From: Macrostomum lignano
Lineage: Eukaryota
Assembly (NCBI GenBank): GCA_002269645.1
Contig: NIVC01000671.1
Span: forward strand, 420,228-484,227
Direction of reading: 5' to 3'
DNA length: 64,000 nucleotides
Made by a program: the position numbers and the translations under genes. The notes below the pieces were generated by a model, which worked only from the letters and a program-made list of their open reading frames with translations, was not told where the DNA came from and made no database searches. Shown here piece after piece: positions 59,901-64,000 of the stretch. Position 1 is the stretch's first letter; each line of letters starts with the position of its first letter.

Positions 59901-60597
59901 ACCTTAGCGACCTCGTCCATGATGATTGGAGTGAAGTAGAAGGACTCGGCTGGGGCGGACGTCAGGCCGGAGGCTGGTGGGAGAAGCAGCAATTTGGATG
60001 GCCATGCAAAGGCCTCGGTGAAAAATTTGGGCGATGGCTATCCCAGCTGAGGGACGCTTGATGGGGGCTGAGTTTACTCAATTTCCTGTCATTATAGCGA
60101 TTTACAGGGTGACATTTGCGCTGTAACAGTTTAGCCAAAATGGGAGAAAAATAATTCCGATTTCTATGGACAAGAATGCAGTATCTACATTAATGCAATC
60201 ACTTCAATAAAATAGTAAGTGAGAAAACTTCGAACACGCTCGTAAAAATGAGAAAGCAATGCTGTTTCCTTTTGTAGAAGTTATATATCTTCTGAAATAA
60301 CTTTTGGAATCCTGATTTTAAAATTGGGAATGCTTAATTACAGTCGAGTCTTTTTATGCTCAAAATAACCCAAACAAAACAACCCGAACGTTTCTGTTTG
60401 ATCCTTAAGAAAATGCCATTAAGACAACCATTTGTATAGTTATACTGATTTCCAAAGACATTATTTCCCTTTTCCAGGATTCTATTTGGTTAGATTCAAC
60501 ATTGCCCCGAAAATTGTCCATAAAACATGTCCATGTTTTATGTAGAAGATTAAACATGCCTTTCGAGGGAGCTATTCGTATAAATCACAAAAGCCGA

Positions 60598-61265
60598 AGG
60601 CTGTCTCAATAATACAAGCGCACATTATGAAGTGTGTCTCAATAACACAAGCGCACATTATGAAATGTGTCTCAGTGATACAAGCGCACATTATGAAGTG
60701 TGTCTCAATAACACAAGCGCACATTATGAAATGTGTCTCAGTGATACAAGCGCACATTATGAAGTGTGTCTCAATAACACAAGCGCACATTATGAAGTGT
60801 GTCTCAGTGATACAAGCGCACATTATGAAGTGTGTCTCAATAACACAAGCGCACATTATGAAGTGTGTCTCAGTGATACAAGCGCACATTATGAAGTGTG
60901 TCTCAATAACACAAGCGCACATTATGAAGTGTGTCTCAATAACACTAGTGCACATTATGAAGTGTGTCTCAGTGATACAAGCGCACATTATGAAGTGTGT
61001 CTCAATAACACAAGCGCACATTATGAAGTGTGTCTCAATAACACAAGCGCACATTATGAAGTGTGTCTCAATAATACAAGCGCACATTATGAAGTGTGTC
61101 TCAGTGACACAAGCGCACATTATGAAGTGTGTCTCAGTGACACAAGCGCACATTATGAAGTGTGTCTCAGTGACACAAGCGCACATTATGAAGTGTGTCT
61201 CAGTGACACAAGCGCACATTATGAAGTGTGTCTCAGTGACACAAGCGCACATTATGAAGTGTGTC
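60598..61265. repeat. 33-bp minisatellite (ACAAGCGCACATTATGAAGTGTGTCTCAGTGAT)n
   Basis: About 20 units with alternating variants. Confidence 0.95.
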
Positions 61266-61603
61266 TCTTGGCTTGGCGCATATAAAACTTGGCGCACAAG
61301 ATGGAAAATTTACGACAAGAAGATAAAATGATCAATAAATATACTTCGCCAAAGTCCTGCTTTTTCAAAGGAATGCATCTCATTGTTGCACCTTTTTTAC
61401 CCGAGCTGTCGGAGGGCTTTATTAATGGTGTTGAATTTGTCGGTCAATAGAACCCTAATAGTTCAAGCGGTCGCAAAAACAGCTGAATCATCTTGCAAGA
61501 ACATTCGAGAAGACATTAAGCTGAACCGCGACTGCAGGACAGTCAGTCAATTTGAAGCGATAAGAACTAGCTGCCTCTGGCAGGGCGTGGGCGGCGTGAC
61601 AGG

Positions 61604-61740
61604 CCGGGACCGCGTCACCTGCAGCGGCACCAGCGGCACCATAAATGAGAGCCCAGCGACCGAGCCCGAGACCCAATCAGCAACTCAACCCAGCAGCCAG
61701 TCTCAAGAAGCCAGCAACCAAAGCACCCAGCTCAGCAGCC
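61604..61740 (+). promoter_or_regulatory. Shared promoter/5'UTR of the 6-Cys family, with TATA-like CATAAAT at 61640-61646
   Basis: Near-identical upstream of copies 2, 3 and 4; the TATA-like box lies ~95 nt before the signal-peptide ATG. Confidence 0.55.
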
Positions 61741-62028
61741 ATGTACAACGTCGTCTGCCTGTTCGCTCTCGTGGCCTTCGCCGCCGCCGCCTACACTCCG
61801 GAGCAGAAGAACGAGGTCGTGAACGACATCATTCACGAAGTCGTTCCCGTGATCAGCATCGACACCAACTGCCTGCTGCAGAACGGCATCGACTCCGTGA
61901 ACTGCCTGATCTCCAACCTGGCCTCCTGCTACTTCGCCCACGGCACCAACATCAGCCAGCTGGCCGGCTGCCTGGCCAACAAGTGCGGCGGCAGCGCCAT
62001 CCAGATCCTCAGCTGCATCAAGCTGTAA
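61741..62028 (+). CDS. Small secreted 6-Cys protein, copy 4 (95 aa, inverted relative to copies 1-3)
   Basis: MYNVVCLFALVAFAAAA-YTPEQ...SCIKL. Confidence 0.9.
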   Translation: MYNVVCLFALVAFAAAAYTPEQKNEVVNDIIHEVVPVISIDTNCLLQNGIDSVNCLISNLASCYFAHGTNISQLAGCLANKCGGSAIQILSCIKL

Positions 62029-62350
62029 ATGCAGTTTTCTATCAATGCATAGAAATACAATTCGGTTGCTGAGCGCAATCTGGAACAGTGGAAAGCGCCA
62101 GCTTAAATATTAATTAAACTATCAAAACTCACTGTTTAATTGACTTTATATTTTTATTTAGTCGCACGCGATAGAATTTAAAGTGCAAGTGGGAACTCGA
62201 ACTCGGACACAGGGTTCAAATGCATAAAATTCATGGCTTGTCTTCGACACTTTTTGTTTACTACAAGATTTGCAGTGAATGGCAAAGCGGACTACTTGGC
62301 TGACTTATTGATGACAGCTGGCGGCTCAATCCTGACAGTCCTGCAGCACG
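62029..62350. repeat. Inverted duplicate of 54571-54893 (copy-2 3' flank plus FANCL 3' end)
   Basis: Near-identical reverse complement, e.g. GGCGGCTCAATCCTGACAGTCCTGCAGCACG. Confidence 0.93.
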
Positions 62351-62493
62351 GCATCGACTCCGTGACGTGCCTGGTGAGCAACCTGATCACCTGCTTCTTC
62401 TCCAGCGGCACCAACATCAGCAAGCTGGCCACCTGCCTGGCCAGCAAGTGCGGCGGCAACGCCATCCAGATCATCAGCTGCATCAAGCTGTAA
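62351..62493 (+). pseudogene. 5'-truncated/chimeric 6-Cys family copy 5
   Basis: GIDSVTCLVSNLITCFFSSGTNISKLATCLASKCGGNAIQIISCIKL*; lacks the signal peptide and the first Cys; fused to the duplicated segment. Confidence 0.85.
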
Positions 62494-63086
62494 ATGCTCT
62501 GCTGGCTGTGCTCTCATAGATAGCTAGATTTCAAATACACTTGACTACGTTGAAATCAGATTTAATACCTATTAATTCACTTGGTCTGTTGGTGGTTTTC
62601 AGTTTCGAACGACAAATTAGAGAAATTAAGTTCGAATTCCACATCAGCTCATTGGAGTTTCTTTGTTTATTGAAGTAATGCAGAGTAGGATCGACTGCTC
62701 ATTAAACGGAACGGTTCCGTATTGGGTGCGGCAGTGGGTTGAGAGGCAGAATGGAGTCCTTGCAGCCAATCGGCAACGAATATTGACAGCTCATATTTGT
62801 AAATTATCGCGTAAACAAGTGGGAAAGTTCCAATGCATTTGCTAGTCAGGATGGGTCGTTCGTCCTTGAACTAGCGCTAAAATGACTGTGTATTTCTCAG
62901 CCTTCTACAGTCACTATATTGCTAGTTTCTTAAGGACAAAGTTAAAAGCATTCCACAGTGATTGCTGGCATCTCAGCAGCTCCTCTTAAGCTATAAGCTT
63001 TAACCCTAACGCTAACTAAAACGCATGGCTTGTACGCTCGTCCATTGGAAGCGGGAGAGAACAAAAAAGCAGCTCGTAGCGTCCTT

Positions 63087-63197
63087 TTAATTAGACGCAT
63101 TGATCTTCTCGATGGCCTCTATCTTGAGTAGCATCCTATGACAGTTTTTCATGGCTTCATGGAGCCGCTTGTCCAGGCAGATGCCGTCAAAGATACC
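63087..63197 (-). CDS. Candidate terminal coding exon of an unidentified gene (GIFDGICLDKRLHEAMKNCHRMLLKIEAIEKINASN*)
   Basis: TCCTTTCAG acceptor, phase-0 36-codon run to TAA, coding-like composition and AATAAA (minus) at ~62665. Upstream exons unresolved. Confidence 0.4.
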   Translation of the reverse strand, partial: GIFDGICLDKRLHEAMKNCHRMLLKIEAIEKINASN

Positions 63198-63562
63198 CTG
63201 AAAGGACTCAGGTCAGCCGTTTTAGTTGCTTTTGAAAGTAGAGATTTACTTTGTGGAGTGCGGCACACTGGGAAGCACGGGTGACGTGATTGGCTGCTGT
63301 TATAAGGTGCAATTTTTTCAGCCTTTTGTCTTTTGTCTTTCAGCCTGCTTGGCTATATTAGGCCGGGTAGTAGACTACTTGAATAAGTAGTTCCTGCATG
63401 CGCAAAACTTAGACTACGCTGTCTATTTCAACACAGAGTCTATAAAGTGTGCGCTTGTGCCAATGCTGAGCACAATTTTTACCGCTCCGAAACATCGCCA
63501 CACTTTGACATTGTTGTGTATTGCAAAGGCATGCAATGCGTAGGGGTAGTTCGGGGACAGGG

Positions 63563-63663
63563 TTTCTAGAAACTTCCACAGCAGGACTTGTTTACGCATA
63601 GTTCCAGAAGTTTCCTCTCCCGGTCTTTCTAGAACTTTCCTTCTAGAGCCGCCCTCCTATTGG
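63563..63663. promoter_or_regulatory. Cluster of three perfect heat-shock elements plus a GC box and an inverted CCAAT
   Basis: TTCtaGAAacTTC (63564), TTCcaGAAgtTTC (63602) and TTCtaGAActTTC (63627); GCCGCCC at 63648; ATTGG at 63659. Confidence 0.75.
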
Positions 63664-63864
63664 CCAAGCCCTCTTTTGGTGCCGCTGGGCGCCCAGATAA
63701 TTATCTATCTTGTTCTGCTTTCGTTAATTCAACAACAGAACAGACATAAAGGTACACAGGCCGGGCTTGTGCCATTGCACACCTTTGATGGCGACTCGCT
63801 TGTTAGAATATACCTACTATCCCTTAAAATCATTTAATAACATGTCATAAAATTATTCACTGTA

Positions 63865-64000
63865 AATTAAAAGTGGCTGAAAAAGTGGTCGAGAGGTGGC
63901 CGGTTGTAAGTGGCTGGTGAGGGACTGAAAGTGTCCTTCCTTCAGCCACTAAAAGTGACCCTCTTTTATGGCCACTTTTTAGCATTTTTTCAGCCCTTTT
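63865..64000. repeat. AAAGTGGC/GCCACTTTT motif array in both orientations (foldback-like, truncated by window end)
   Basis: AAAAGTGGCTGAAAAAGTGG... followed by ...GGCCACTTTTTAGC...TTTCAGCC. Confidence 0.55.

Noticed and set aside
1-61265. Tandem arrays as CRISPR arrays
   Set aside because: Units are contiguous with no unique spacers, there are no cas genes and the DNA is eukaryotic.
61645-61740. MRAQRPSP... 32-aa N-terminal extension of the 6-Cys proteins
   Set aside because: That ATG overlaps the TATA-like CATAAATG, is absent from copy 1 and would bury the signal peptide; the second Met is preferred.
63000-63020. TAACCCTAACGCTAAC as a telomeric repeat
   Set aside because: Only one or two degenerate units.

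Overview
Eukaryotic (animal) genomic DNA. GC-rich exons with poly-Ala/poly-Gln tracts, AT-rich spacers and minisatellite-filled introns suggest a flatworm such as Macrostomum; this is inference, not shown. Spliced genes I could reconstruct: PP2A B56 subunit (+), a GPI-anchored Ly6/three-finger protein (-), an ankyrin-repeat MAP3K19-like kinase (+), a small single-pass membrane protein absent from the ORF track (-) head-to-head with GIPC (+), a CCDC85-like gene (+) and FANCL (+). The right quarter holds five copies of an unrecognised, intronless, 95-aa secreted 6-Cys protein. One copy is a chimera made by an inverted duplication that also copied the FANCL 3' end. Transposon material includes Gypsy gag/pol fragments inside an inverted repeat, a decayed mariner, a LINE RT fragment, a tRNA-type SINE split by a young MITE and a ~440-bp MITE family with several copies. 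There are more than 12 minisatellites, a 42-bp-phased CCAAT array, a triple heat-shock-element cluster at the right end and sharply bounded CpG-depleted domains. No rRNA, tRNA or CRISPR array is supported.
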